A DNA stretch of 64,000 bases, taken from assembly GCF_036321535.1 (NCBI RefSeq), contig NC_087436.1, positions 39,930,001 through 39,994,000 on the forward strand. Direction: 5' to 3'. Source of the stretch: Camelus dromedarius (lineage: Eukaryota). The position numbers and the translations under genes are program-made. The notes under the pieces were generated by a model. It saw nothing but the letters and a program-made list of their open reading frames with translations, was not told where the DNA came from and ran no database searches. Positions 25,580 to 38,780 of the stretch are shown here, piece by piece. Each line of letters begins with the position of its first letter. The first letter of the stretch is position 1.

Positions 25580-27780
25580 ATTTTATTGTGAGTTAAATTT
25601 ATAAATTTTAGTAAAATATTCTATCAGTTATAACATAGGCATATACCATATAACTACCACTCAGAGAAGATATAGAAAATGTCCTTCACCTCAGAAAATT
25701 CCCATGTGTTCTTTCCCATTCAATAACTCACAATTCTCTCTCCTGTCTCCAGAATTAACCACTTTTCAATTTAACTTAGTTCTATTTTGTATTTCATATA
25801 CTTGATATACAGCACACATTCCTTTTTGTTTGACTTCTTTCACTCAACATATTTTTGAAATCCATCCATTTTGTTGTGTGTACTAATAGTTCATTCATTT
25901 TATTGGTGTTAGTATTTCTCTCTCTCTCTCACTTTATTCATAACAGCTCTTCTTGTTCCATTCTCTTTTGATGGGTTTTTGAGTTGAATCTTGGATATTA
26001 TCATAAGACCAGTGTTAATTTTGTTATGCAGCTGTTTTTGTAGACAAATGTACTAATTTCTGTTAAGCATATACCTAACAGTGGAACGGCTAGGTTAAGG
26101 TTAGAGGTGTGTTCAACTTTAGTAGAAAATGTGTTTTTCCCAGATAGTTCTATCATTTTATATTCCTCCCAGAGTGAGGGACAGATTCATTGTCTCTGCA
26201 TCCTTACTAACATTTGCTATTGTCAGTTTTTAATTTTATCCTTTCTAGTAAGTATGTAGTATTATTTCATTGCAATTTTCATTTGTATTTTTATGATAAT
26301 GATGCTAAAATATATATATATTTATATATACATATAAAATGATTATTCAGCATATTGGTTTTTTTTTCATGTCTGTTAAAGTTTTTGACCATGTTTCAAA
26401 TTAAGTTATCTTTTTCTGACTTACTGAAATCCTTTTTTCTGTTCTGGATTTAAGTCTTGGTCAGATATATGTATTGCAAATATTTTCTCTCAACCTGTTT
26501 CTTGCCTTTTCACTCTCTTAATAATGTTTCTTGATGAGTGAAATATTTTGATTTTGATGACTTAAATTTATTAGTTAGGTTGGGTTTTCCTGAGATTCTT
26601 GTATATGTATTGGCAGCATTTTAGCCATCATCTTCTCTAATATTTTTCTGCTTCTTTTTTCCCTCATCTTTCTATGATGGCTCAGTTTCACATAAATCAT
26701 ACATGTTGTCCCTTTGTCTCTCATATTCAGTTCTGTTTTTTCCTCTTATTATTTTTTTCTCTGTGCTCCACTTTGTGTAATTTCTACTGACACGTAGTTT
26801 CCTGATCCTTTCTTCTGCTGTGTCCAGTATACCACTAAACTCATCTGATACATTCTTAATTTACATTATTGTAAATGCTTTAGAATAGATTTTATCCATA
26901 CACGTAAATGTTTTAGGATATCCAAAGTTTCATTTCTGTTTAAATTCTCCATCTCTTCATGCTAATAATTGGTAATTTAAGTACGCAGTTTTAAATCCCT
27001 ACATCTGATCTGTGTTTTGCATCAGCTGACCCTTCTGTCCCTTGTGTTTTCTTTGCATATCTTGAAATGTTTTATGTACACTGGACATTGTATATAAACA
27101 AGCCAGCAAGCCCATGGAGGACATCATTTTTCCCTAGAAAGGGCGAGCATTTCTCTATTAGGCAGCTAGGATAAAGGCCAGATCACTTCAAACAGGAATT
27201 TATCTGACTTGGGGATTAGTTGCAACTTTACTTCATTTTGGCTCATGTCTGGTTTCTAATAACTTGATATCAAAATTTATTTTCCTTCTGAAATTCCAAA
27301 ACCATGATGGCAATCTTTGTCCTGTATGTATTGCAACATGCAGGGCTTTGGGATCTCAGCACTGGGAGAGTGATATCTATCTGCTTTTCCGTCTCACGTT
27401 GGCACATTACTCAGCTAAAGTCTAGGGCAGAGAATCAGCGAACAGGGAGAATAAGTCTTGAGTTTGGTTGCCCTCCAGATTCCTATTTACCATATCAGAC
27501 TAGGTGGCCCTTAAAGTCCCTGCTTGGTTTCTTTTACCCCTCAAGAGTTCCTCTACCAATGACAGGCACAGTTTCCCACCTATATTTAGAAAATATCCCA
27601 CGGAGCTAAGAAGCTGCCAATTTTTGTTAATTTTCTGAGCACTAGTTATTTTAGACTCTTGCACGTAAAATTCATAGGTGCCTTAAAAAATTCTGTTCTA
27701 ATATATCCTTTTCTAGTTTTTTACAATGAAGTAATGGCCTGCCAAACCTTATATATCCAAACCAGAATCTCAACTCCCAG
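25580..27780 (-). mobile_element. Ancient L1 (L1M/L1ME) fragments: 3' end/ORF2 joined to ORF1/5' region
   Basis: CTTCTTTCACTCAACATATTTTTGAAATCCATCCAT, TCAGATATATGTATTGCAAATATTTTCTC and CAGCCATCATCTTCTCTAATATTTTTTCTG-like motifs. Confidence 0.75.
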
Positions 27781-30649
27781 TATGTATTTTTAATTATTGC
27801 CCAAATTATTTCATTTTTTTCAGTTTAATTTTTACATTTGGCATGTAAATTCTTGTCTCTTCCTAATTTGGAAAAATATGGTCCTACTCCTTATCACAAT
27901 TATTATAAGTAATAAAACTTAGTTAGAACGAAAATATGATTAACATGTTTTTGAGTTTGAGGAAATTATTGAAGAGAAGAGAAAATAATCTCTAACTATA
28001 AATTACAATGAGAGTAAGTTGAAGATGAACTCTGTGCGGATTCAGTTTCACACCATTATTTCCCTATCTGCCATTTTATCTCATAGCACTGTTAATAGGT
28101 AGATAGAATATAGAAAAAGAAATGTGGTATGTGCTTCTTTACCGTCAAAGGAATGGTATTTGTTCAGAAAGAAAGCAGACGCCCCCTTTGTCCACAGCTC
28201 TAGGACTGTGACCACATCAGACAGAAGTGAAACAATTGATTCAGTGTTTTTGCTACATCAAGGCACCCAGGAGGCATGCCCTTGCCCTGCTAAATGGATT
28301 TCTGGGCTGCAGGGAGATCAAAATCTTTAGGCCCAAACTGATTTTTGCTGTGATCATCCAGATCTGGTTAATAAGAAGGGGCGATTCAGCTTCAGGGAAG
28401 ATTTTCAGACTGTTAATCACCATATTGTTTTTCTCTTCAGAACTGTCATATTTCTCCCTGGGATATATCTCTTGCATTGATGAGTTTCTGATTTCTTGGG
28501 GGAAGTGATTGATTCAGAAAAATTCTAACCAGCGTGTCACTGGCAGAAAATATATTTTTGTTATATAAAGAACACTCATTGTGTTCTGACTCCCTGAGGC
28601 ACAGCATGTTACTGTGGGACAGATACAGCATAATTTAAAAATATGTGTTATTTGTTCTTTCTGATCATATTAACATGCATTCTTGAAGTAATGTGGAAAA
28701 TGTCGTAAAGCAGCTAATCCAGGACTTACAGCAATTTATTACAAAGAGAAGATCTGAGAATAAAATAGTTATCTGCATGTTAGGTGATAATTTGTTTAGG
28801 GAACCAGAACAGAGTCCTAAGCTTGGTTTTGAAGGAAGCATTTGAGGGTAACAGTGAGGCAGAGTTGAAGACGACTGTAACACCAAAACAGACACAACAC
28901 AATGATATTTTCATAAAGATTAGTTCCTTCTTAAGCACTGACATGTCATAAAACTAGACATGAAACAGATAAATACCAGTTATGTAAGGTCTTATACCCT
29001 TTTAAAATAATCAACACTAAAAACCAGTCTATAGTCTATTTACTTTTTCCTTGTAATCATCTAGAATTTTTATAGAAAGGAATTAAGAACTTGGTTAATA
29101 ATTATATCCTATACAATTATGTTCACAACTAACAGTGCAGATTTCAAGTTAAAAGGTTCTTTATAATCACATAATTTTTAAAATATTTGGACTTGGAAAA
29201 AATAAATGCTGAATGGAAAACACATTGGGAAATAATGCAAAATTAGGGGAAAAATCAAAGAATGTCCTTAAGAAATTCTGGAAAAACACACTTTTTAATG
29301 TCCTATTATAAACTAGTTGAAATATCACAGCGTACGCATTTGATGTCAAGAGTTCAGCTCATTTCATTTGGTGATACTTCAAAGACTCATTTCAGTGTAA
29401 ACCAGCATGCTGAGGCTAGCCAGCATCTCTGTCAAGATCAGACATAAGTCTCTCCCTGACTTATCTGATTACACATTTTCCTAAGTTAAAACAAAACAAC
29501 AACCAAACAACTGGCAAAAACTAAATGGAAATCTTTTTAAGGAAATGTTTTGGTTCATAGGCTAATTTTGGTTCATAGGTCAAGTTTCAGAATAACCACC
29601 CATACTAATACTGCTATTTCTATTGCTACCTTAGTCATAATTTGTCTCTATTGGATTAGAGACTTTCTCAGTCATTGTGTTTCTAGCAGATATACTGTTG
29701 TCACTGTTTATTCACAACAATAGAGTTTATTTTATCACTATAATAACAAAGAATAACAGAATGAGAATGTCCCCCTCAGTATGAAATCCGGGGTAGGAAG
29801 CGTAACTGTCTAACACACAGTGGCGCTGTGCTGATGAGCTGAGACATGAATGCAAGCATTATTGTGTACTCTTTTTCCTATCCTGTTTATCAAATGAAGT
29901 CCCCGTAGGCACTATCTTCTTTCTAATAGGACTATTTATTGCAATTTCAGCTTTCTCCTTCCTCTGTAGAGAAACAGCATAACCTTTTTCCCCAGGCCTT
30001 TGTACTCTTACACCCCATTTTCAGCCTTTGTAGTGCTGTGACTCCCCAAGTTTTTGCTGAGCACACTAGCAGGGAGAGGACAGGGCAGCAAGCCCCGGCT
30101 GTGATCTCGAGCTCGGGAGTGTGAAAGGGGTATTTTAACGAGCTCATTCACTGTAAGCCAAGCCCTTAGATTCAACTTCAGCAATTTCTGACAGTTCTGA
30201 CGATGAAGGAGTAGCTTGACATTTTCTTCTCGGGCACATAAGTGCCATCTATCATCCTGGGGATCTAGTGACTTCAAGAGCTGCAGAGGAGACGCTGACG
30301 TGCCCTGTCAGTGGAACACATCTCGGCGAGAACACTGAAGATCAAGTAGTGTCAAACAGAACTGGGATTCTTCTGTAAAAGTTTGGAAAAATAAGCAAAG
30401 TTATTCTGATTTGGAGTGTATAAGGATAGACTTTGTAGAAATAAACAGCATTGGGATTTATAAAAATTGCAAGGATTCAAAGACATTATTCAGGGGATTC
30501 CAGCATCTGGTGGGAATTACAAAAGATTATCCATATTTCGATGCATTAATTCACATAATGTTAGATCATCTTTGAGACTGAAAATTTAAACCTACAGGGT
30601 GTAATTTATGTCTATTTAATCGTTCAGTTTTGAAAGCACCTATGTTCAA

Positions 30650-30850
30650 AAGGGATCCCATTTCTAACCACACACGGTTGTGGTCACAGTTAGACAAATT
30701 ATTTGACCCTGTTTGGTCCCAGTTGTAACATCTGTAGACTAGTGGTATTTATGGTAAAATTACCTTCACAGAATAAATGACATTATTTCTGTAAAGGACT
30801 TAGAAAGTACCTGCTGCAAACGTGCCCTATACATATTTGCTACCAGTTTG
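30650..30850 (+). mobile_element. MIR SINE (degenerate)
   Basis: GACAAATTATTTGACCCTG...CCCAGTTGTAACATCTGTA...TGTAAAGGACTTAGAAAGTACCTG. Confidence 0.65.
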
Positions 30851-33289
30851 ATTATTAACCAAGCATATTTTGCATTGTAAGCGTGCTTTAAATACTTCAC
30901 ACAAATTCCTCATTTGCAAACCAGAGATTGGCAGAAGCTCATATAGTGTGTTTTTTTGTTTTGATTTTGAGTCTTTATGGTTATTTGAATAGACTTTTAG
31001 ACCTAAGCTTCCTAAGAGTGTAGATGTTAGTGACTTACAATCGTATAAAATAAAATATATAAAATGTAGTCTGGCAGTAATTCCTCTAGTCCTTTTCTAT
31101 CTAAATGTCATTCAAAATATTTTCTGTTCCCGTTTGTTTTTCAGCATATGATGCATTTTGAGGAGTTCAAGAGTTCCCAAGGTGTTTAAAGGAGACAGTG
31201 CATGCTAGGACTCAGATACCGGCTCTTCCATTATTTCAAAGGTGAGGGAGCAAGAGAATGGAAATAGAAAGTCACAGGTAACTCTGAGGAATTTCATCAT
31301 CTCAAAAGAGGCACTTTCATTTGAAAGTTTTCAAAGAATAAAACAAAAATGCCTGGAGGAACTCTCTTTGCTAAGAGAAGACTTCTTTCCTAAGCATGGT
31401 TATTAACAAGGAAGACATTTATTGAGCCTTACACGAATAGAGACTAAAATCTATCAGTCTCATATGGGGTCAGAAGTTAAAATACCGTAAATCAAAGATC
31501 TCTGATTCCTGTTCACAGAAATCAGGCCTGAATAAAAGATTCACTCAAGCATGGATGTAACAGGGGAGGGCGCAGACGTTCCTTTGGGTGCCCCTGGAGA
31601 AAGCAGCTGGACTATCGTCTGGTTCTCTCTGAAGTTTGCTTTCAGGCAAACACCAGATGGATTGCACATCAGATATGATTTTGTCTGGAACATTTCCTGA
31701 TGTCATTGTCCAGAGGTTTTCTTAGGTATTTTTACTGCAGTACTCTTGAGCTGGAATTCCTGATGGGAATAATGAAAGGGTTTTTATAATTTCTGTATTG
31801 ATACTGACAGCTCTGCCTTTTTTATAAAAAAAAAAAATCCCTTTCAATTTATTTTGGGAATAGAATTTATAGAGTATTTAATAGTTTGGCTTGGTGTTTA
31901 GAATATAAATATAAAAGATGCTAAAATAACCACATCAGTTACAACAGAATATTTATTGCTTGGAAAGTACTGGAGTCAAATGGCATTGATTTCTGGCATA
32001 ATGTACTATGACCCTCATCCATCTGTTCAGAGCTTGATGCAGAAATCAATATAATCTCTTCTTGGGGAAGCCCAAGGCATTCTCTGCATTGAGACGCAGG
32101 GCTTCCAGATTGCTAATGTGATTAAAAATAATCAAGGCCTTATAGAAGCTTCATTTTCCATCATCCTCTAAAATAAAAAGTTTTCCCTGAAAAGAACTCT
32201 TTCTGATCAAATTTTGTTATTCAGTGTATTTCTTTCATTTTTTGCAATTCAATTATAGTGCAGTTACTGATTATATCTTTCGAGACTCCCAACTGAGTTC
32301 AAGTAAAAGTGCACTGGCAGACTGGTTTAAAATCTACCACTAGTACAACAGGACTCCTCTTGAAGTGTCAGTAAGTATTCATGGTAGAAGATTTCAAGGT
32401 TGTTAGGAAAGTGTGTCTGACCTCAGTTTGGGGTGGCAGGAGACATTTGTCTTATTTTAAGAAATGGTCTAAAATCTTACAGATTTTGACATTGTTCCAA
32501 ATGTATCTCAAATTGCTGATTTTTTTCTTTTCGATTAAAGACAAAATTATTAATTTACAAACGTACTAAGAAAGTTTCAAAAATTGTATCAGCTAAAATA
32601 ATTTTATGTTTGCTAATGCAAAAGGTGGAGACTCTAAATGTGATTTGCATTTCAGCAGTTAAAAAACAAAAAATGTTCACATAATTCTGAAAGCACCATG
32701 TTGGCCTCAATCAAAGAATTGAAGTTTCACTGAAGGGGGAGAAAGTGGTGCCCACTCCTTTATACGGTAAGGTCATACCTGATTTTTATTTTCCTCTCTG
32801 ACCTAAGTGGATGTTAGGAACAGGACTTTTATAAACACTGGAGACAATAATTCCCTCAGCACCCTTCCTATTTATCTGTGCTTCAAGACATTTTCTGTCA
32901 TGGTGTGGTTTTCAGTGTTTATATTAGGGTTTCTAGAGAAGTCTTTATGCAAAAATATATAGTTAAGGAAATAATGTTGATTATAGAGCCAAATTCTTTG
33001 TGAACAGATTCATAATAATCGTTGTAAAGTATGTATTACAAGACCTTTGTTTGAAGTAAAAAATGCAGTTATGTAATAATTTATGTAAATAAATAATCAC
33101 TTCCTGTCAAATGAATGATAGTCCAAGAAAAATGCAGAATTGCCCATGCTACAGATGCCTATGTCATGAGTAGGTCACCTTTCTGAATTAGCGTTTATTT
33201 CACTTTAGTATTTATCAACAACCCTATAATCCCTTACATTAGAAAGGTTAGAATCTACTTGAGTGTGATGTCAGTAGTCTGAAAATAGG

Positions 33290-33942
33290 TATGGTCGGCT
33301 CTCATTGTTTGCAGTAGTTAAGCTTTAAAAAATCACTCTGAACCCTGAATTAATTACTATTGAACCACTGCTCCTAGAAGAAATACAGGGTTAGGTTCCT
33401 GCAGCTTCTGCTCATATAAATTACATCAACTGATCAATACACAATCTCATTTTGTGTGTATTTCTGTTTAAATACCATTTGTTTAACGTATGCTATTGAT
33501 TCTTGAACACCGAACTCACAGCCCGCAGCACTGTAACTCATGCCCAAGTGCAGCTCATCCCACATGTGTTTTCTCCATAAGGCACGTCACAGTCTTCTGG
33601 AGCTTAGGAACGCCAGGCAGCATTTCAGCACTATGCTTGGGGGCCGTTTTAAACAGCAACATCGCCAACAAAACCCTCAAAAATGTGGAAAACATGGCTC
33701 TAAACAGACCACAAGAGGACACTTGTTTGTAGTATGAGAGCTGAAACAACTAGGAAGGGCAGCACATTGTTTGATCTCAGCCAGGAAAGTATGGGTCAGG
33801 TGATTCAAATTTTTTACAGCTCTGTGCATGTCCAGAAATGATCTTAAAGCACCTTGAGTATTCATTTTCAGGTTACAAATACATTTTAGCAAGTAGGTGA
33901 ATTCACAAATAGGGAATTTGCAAATCATAACGATTGAGTATA
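33290..33942 (-). mobile_element. MER82 non-autonomous TcMar-Tigger DNA transposon
   Basis: Minus strand begins ...TATTTGTGAATTCACCTACTTGCTAAAATGTATTTGTAACC...AATACTC as in the recalled MER82 consensus. Internal GAAATACAGGGTTAGGTTCCTG; about 650 bp; TA at the ends. Confidence 0.85.
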
Positions 33943-35779
33943 ATCGGATGAATCCTAATAGTTTTTTAATCCCCACTATATATTCGGGTCCTGCATTGAA
34001 TGCTACCTTTATAGTTGCAAACTGAAACTTACAAACAAAAGTTTCCAGTGCAGCATTTTGTCATGGAAATGAGAAGCAGGGATAAAGTTTTTTGTTTGTT
34101 TGTTTTACCATATTTTGTTTAGTGATGGTAAATGATTGGACTCTAGGCAAATTGTCTACTAAGCAGTTAGAGAAAAACTACTTTGTTGCAAAAGTTCTTT
34201 TTATTCCGTCATACTTTTAGTTTACTACTAAAAGATTTTAGTTTTATAAGGGTGACTGTACATTTGAATCAATGAAGAACTCATGGAACATGAGAAGCTT
34301 GTTAAACAAAGTGAAAATTTCCAGAGCTATGTATCTTTTACTAAAAAAATAATGAATTAATGCATGTGAAGAACAAAGAAGACAGAGGATTTTTACAGTT
34401 AAGTCGCTGCTTCAAATCTGATTCAGTTGATAGTAACTAAAAATTGCTCCCATCTGTTTAGTAGCTGATGATTAATCTATTGATTAATATATTGATCTAT
34501 AAATTCTCTTCCTAGTGAACAGGTGGCAGGGAGTTAAAGGACCATTTGTGAAGAGACCTCCACTGATGCTAACTACCAGCCTTGAACCAGCCAAGAATTG
34601 AAGCAGAGCATCCATGTTAATCTTCTTCAGAGCAAGATGGAAACATACTGGTAAGCTGGATCTGAATTCTTTTCAATCTTCTTACACATATTATTCATTA
34701 GACTAAAATTTTGTACATGATTTAGAAGACATAAAGTGCTGTTTGTGGATTTAGGCATTGGATGCTGCAGACATCCCTAATAGCTACTAAGCTAAGACTT
34801 AGTTTGTAAGTAATCCTCTGCTCTGTGGTTTGGGTGAGGGGTGGGGTTTCTATTTAATCATAAATGCTTGCTCCATACATTTAGCTTGTACAGTATAAAC
34901 TGATGATCCAATTTCAGAATTTTGAATGTAAAATTTATGTAATAAAATTGCAATAGAAACTTACATTTTTTAAAACAAAAATATTTAGCAGTTGCTTTTA
35001 TATCTCGTAGCAACTTTGAGTTACAGCAGTTGGTTTTATGGATTTTGCACATACCAGTTAAGTAGTTAAAGGATTTCCATTTTCCAGAGTAGTGAATAAT
35101 TTAAGTGCAATTTAGACATGTGCTTTATATAGTAAATATATACAAAGGCTCATCTAAGCTATACTATAAGAAATAATTCTAATTTTAAAATGCTATAACA
35201 GCAAAGCATATGCCACATGTAACAAAAAATAAAATATCAAAAACCCATGACTGTGCTCTTTTGGGGAAGAGAAAAAAATTGAATTGTCTAGGGTATTTCT
35301 TTTTCAGTGGGATAGGATTGGCAATAGTAGTCTGTGTCTGAAGATCTCCTCTCTCTTGAGTCTAATGCTGGTGAGATCAGCTATCACAAAGTACCTGACT
35401 CAGAATCTTATCCTTCTCGCCTGCTATGGATCAGAGCATTTGTTCCTTCCTAGACTGATATCACTATTTCTAATTGAGAAACTTTAAATATAAAGGCCAC
35501 AAGAACTGCTTTCAAAGTCCTGATGAGACTAAGGTCATGATCAACAGGGTTCCCATTCATTCCTCATTAGGACAATCATACTAAAATTTCCTATCCTCCT
35601 TGTAAAGCTTGAGGAATTTGTGAATCAGTACTTTGCATTTAGCCATTTCATAACTCACTAAACTAACTAGGGGGATTGAAAATAACACTTTCCAAATAAT
35701 TCCTTGTTCATCTCCATAGTTTGATCCAATTGAACACTTAAAAAAGACTGTTAGAAAAGCAGGAGACAGATGTAGGGAC

Positions 35780-37510
35780 ACAAACAAAAACGAAGGAGAT
35801 GAGATTTCTAGTTCAGTTCTGACAAGCTTAGAAATTGTTACTCTTACTCTTACAACAATAAAAAGTAGGGCAAACTGAAAGTCAGCTTTTCTTAGACCCA
35901 TAGGAGAGCTGATCTTTGGGCAAATGTTCACCCTAAATGCTAGAGAGTCAGGCACCAGGAGAGAAACAACTCCTGAGATTGACTGACCTGGAGCAGAAGC
36001 CTTTGGAATTTAAAAGATGGTGGGAAAAGTTAAGTGGTTATTTTGATGACTTGCTGAGGCTGTGTGGGCTAACATAGGAGCAAAAAACTCCCAAAGGTTT
36101 CTGTCATAGGTGGGTCCCACCCTTATTAGGCTTTTACACCAGGACCCCCAGCAGGTTAGCCAGTGAGCCTCTGAGAAAAAGCTTCTCCTGGCCCTGGCTG
36201 GAGGAGGGCTATCACAGCCACCTTGAAACTTGCTCAGACTTTTTTCCCTACAAAGCCTAGTCTCCAGGGGGAATGAATTTGCCAGAGGGCAATTCTGAAA
36301 ATGTATCGCAGTTAAGGGAAAGCAATTTCACTCCAGCTTCAGCTTTTCTGTATCACTTAGGGGAAAAACAAATGTGTAAGAACAACAAAAATCATTCAAA
36401 AGAAATAAACAAAAAACCAAACTTAAGAGGGAAGATGTTTTTAAGAAAGTATATTGGGAATACTATAGCCAGGGAAGAGTGTAAGGGGGAGGGAGAAAAC
36501 AAGGTTTCCCCCTGGAGGAGGGACAGAAATACTTGTAAAGACCACACCCTCAAGACACTGGCCCATTAAAAGACTGAGTCTTAACTAGAATGATATAGAA
36601 TGCGCCCTCTTCCCCATGCCCCATCATCACACCAAAACTTCCAGTTTAAGAGTGGATGACAACAGAAAGAACTGCAAGACACAGACAGTCTCTGAGGAGC
36701 TGTATAAGGAGAAGCCTAAAATCTCAAGTCAAGAGACAAAGACAAGAACACTAGAAGAATTTGACATGTCTGGTACCTAATAGCTATAACAAACTGTAAA
36801 CACAACCTAGCTCCTAGCCATGTTAACATAAAGCCTTGTACTAAAAGTCCTATTTATTTGAGTATCTAATACAACACGTCCAGCTTTCAACAAAAAATTC
36901 CAACATAAGCTAAAAGGCAAAAAAAAAAAAACAAAAAAAAAAAACCCAAACAAAAAACATTTTGAGGACCCAAAGCAAGCTTCAGAACTGTACTCAGAAA
37001 AGACACAGGTGTTGGAATGATCAGACAAGGAATTTAGCACAGCTATGGTTAATATGTAAAGGTCTCTAATGGGAAAGTTAGATAACATGCAAGACCAGGT
37101 GGGTAGTGCAGAGAGATGGAAAGTATAAGAAAGAACCAACAGAAAATGCTAGAAATAAGAAAAAAAAAATAGTAACACAAATGCCTTTGACAGGTACTAG
37201 ACTCCACAGAGCTGAGGAAATAATCAGTGAACTTGAAGACAGCTCAACAGAAATTTCTCAAACTGAAACATAGAAAGAAAAATAAATAAATAAAAGCAAG
37301 CTCAACAGCACACCCAGAATGTGTGGGATAGTATCCAAAGGTGCACCATACGCAAAATTGAATTCTAGAAGGAGAAAAAGAGAGAGAACAAGGCAAAATA
37401 AATATTTGAAGTAATAATGGCTGAGAACTTTTCAAAATTAGTGAAAGATACCAGACTACAGATCTAGGAAGCTCAGAGAATATCAAATAAGATAAACAGA
37501 AAACAAAGGG
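35780..37510 (+). mobile_element. Old L1 5' UTR plus decayed ORF1
   Basis: A-rich ORF1-like remnants AATCAGTGAACTTGAAGACAG, AAATATTTGAAGTAATAATGGCTGAGAACTTTTCAAAATT and CAGATCTAGGAAGCTCAGAGAA. Confidence 0.8.
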
Positions 37511-37685
37511 TATTGTAATATCAAAACCCTGCTATATATCGCTTTTCTCAAAATGTGGTAACAATTTTTTGCTGTTTTCTCTTGGTACGAATAATTTTCC
37601 TAAGTGGATCTGATGCTAATGGCCCTTGCTGGAATGTGACTTGCCAATTACTACCTTCTTTGATGGGGCAGTCATAACTATTGTA

Positions 37686-38100
37686 CTGGCATATCTTGTT
37701 TCATTGTGTTTCACAGATACTGTGTTACTTACAAATTGAAGGTTTGTGGCAACCCTCTGTGGAGCCAAGTCTATCAGTGCCATTTTTTTCAACAGCAGTT
37801 GCTCACTTCGTGTCTCTGTGTCATATTTTGGTAAGTCTCACAACATTTCAAACCCTCTATCAACAAAAAGATTACAACTCACCGAAGACTAAGATGATCA
37901 TTAGCACTTTTTAGCAATGAAGTGTTTTTAATTAAGGTACGTACATTTTTTAAGACAATGCTATTGCACACTTAATAGACTATCACATAACTTTTACATG
38001 CAATGGGAAACCAAACAATCTGTGTGACTTGCTTTATTGAGATGTTCACTGTGTTGTAGTGGTCTGAAAACAAACCTGCAATATCGCTAAGGTACGCCTG
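37686..38100 (+). mobile_element. Internally deleted Tigger1 derivative (MITE-like, about 415 bp)
   Basis: Left end TA|CTGGCATATCTTGTTT...TACAAATTGAAGGTTTGTGGCAACCCT and right end GTGGTCTGAAAACAAACCTGCAATATCGCTAAGGTACGCCTG match both Tigger1 termini (TIR CAGGCATACC). No transposase between them. Confidence 0.88.
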
Positions 38101-38728
38101 AGTTGGTTCTGTAGGTATCATTTGAACAGATAGGATACGTGTCACAGCAGTCTCTCCCCAGCCATTCCAGCAGAACCTGTTGCTGATTGATTCCTTTTCC
38201 CCGAGGTTTATTCAAAGGGTGCTTAATTGGTCTTTGACCTCCAAGATCCAACTTATTTTTAAGATCCATTCAGGGAAGCACAGGTTATCATAGTACCATA
38301 ATCTTAGGTGCATTATCTTATCTATGGACAAGAAATTTAGCAATACAAAGGGATTAAAGTACTCTGTGGCCAAACCTCATTTATCAATACAAATGATCTC
38401 TGATCCACTTACTTTAAAACTCTACATTCTATAGGTAACACTCTACAACTTATGACCTTGTACTATTTCTCAAGGTGAGCACATTATAAATCATATACTG
38501 GTATATACTGGTATTTATTCTGCATATACCATCCACAATCTGCTCTCCTTTCATTACCACCCAAATGGGATAGTTACAAACAGAACTTTAAGAAAATATT
38601 TAGAACATACCTGGTATATGTGAATTTGACCACTTTTTATTGTTATATGGCAAAAAGCCACGTTTTTCTTGAATAAGGATTCATAATTAGTTTACCAAAG
38701 TAGTATGAATTCTCAAGAAGATATATCC

Positions 38729-38780
38729 ATTCAAGATCCTGGGAATATATATGTGTGTGTATATTCCCAGGATCTTGAAT
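38729..38780. repeat. Perfect 21-bp inverted repeat with 10-nt spacer
   Basis: ATTCAAGATCCTGGGAATATA (38729-38749), spacer TATGTGTGTG, then TATATTCCCAGGATCTTGAAT (38760-38780), the exact reverse complement. Confidence 0.97.

Noticed and set aside
28124..28631. Overlapping 60-93 aa ORFs on both strands
   Set aside because: No recognisable homology or consistent splice signals; lengths are compatible with chance.
29548..29579. Direct repeat TTTTGGTTCATAGG x2 (similar small duplications near 13410 and 38495)
   Set aside because: Ordinary short slippage duplications.
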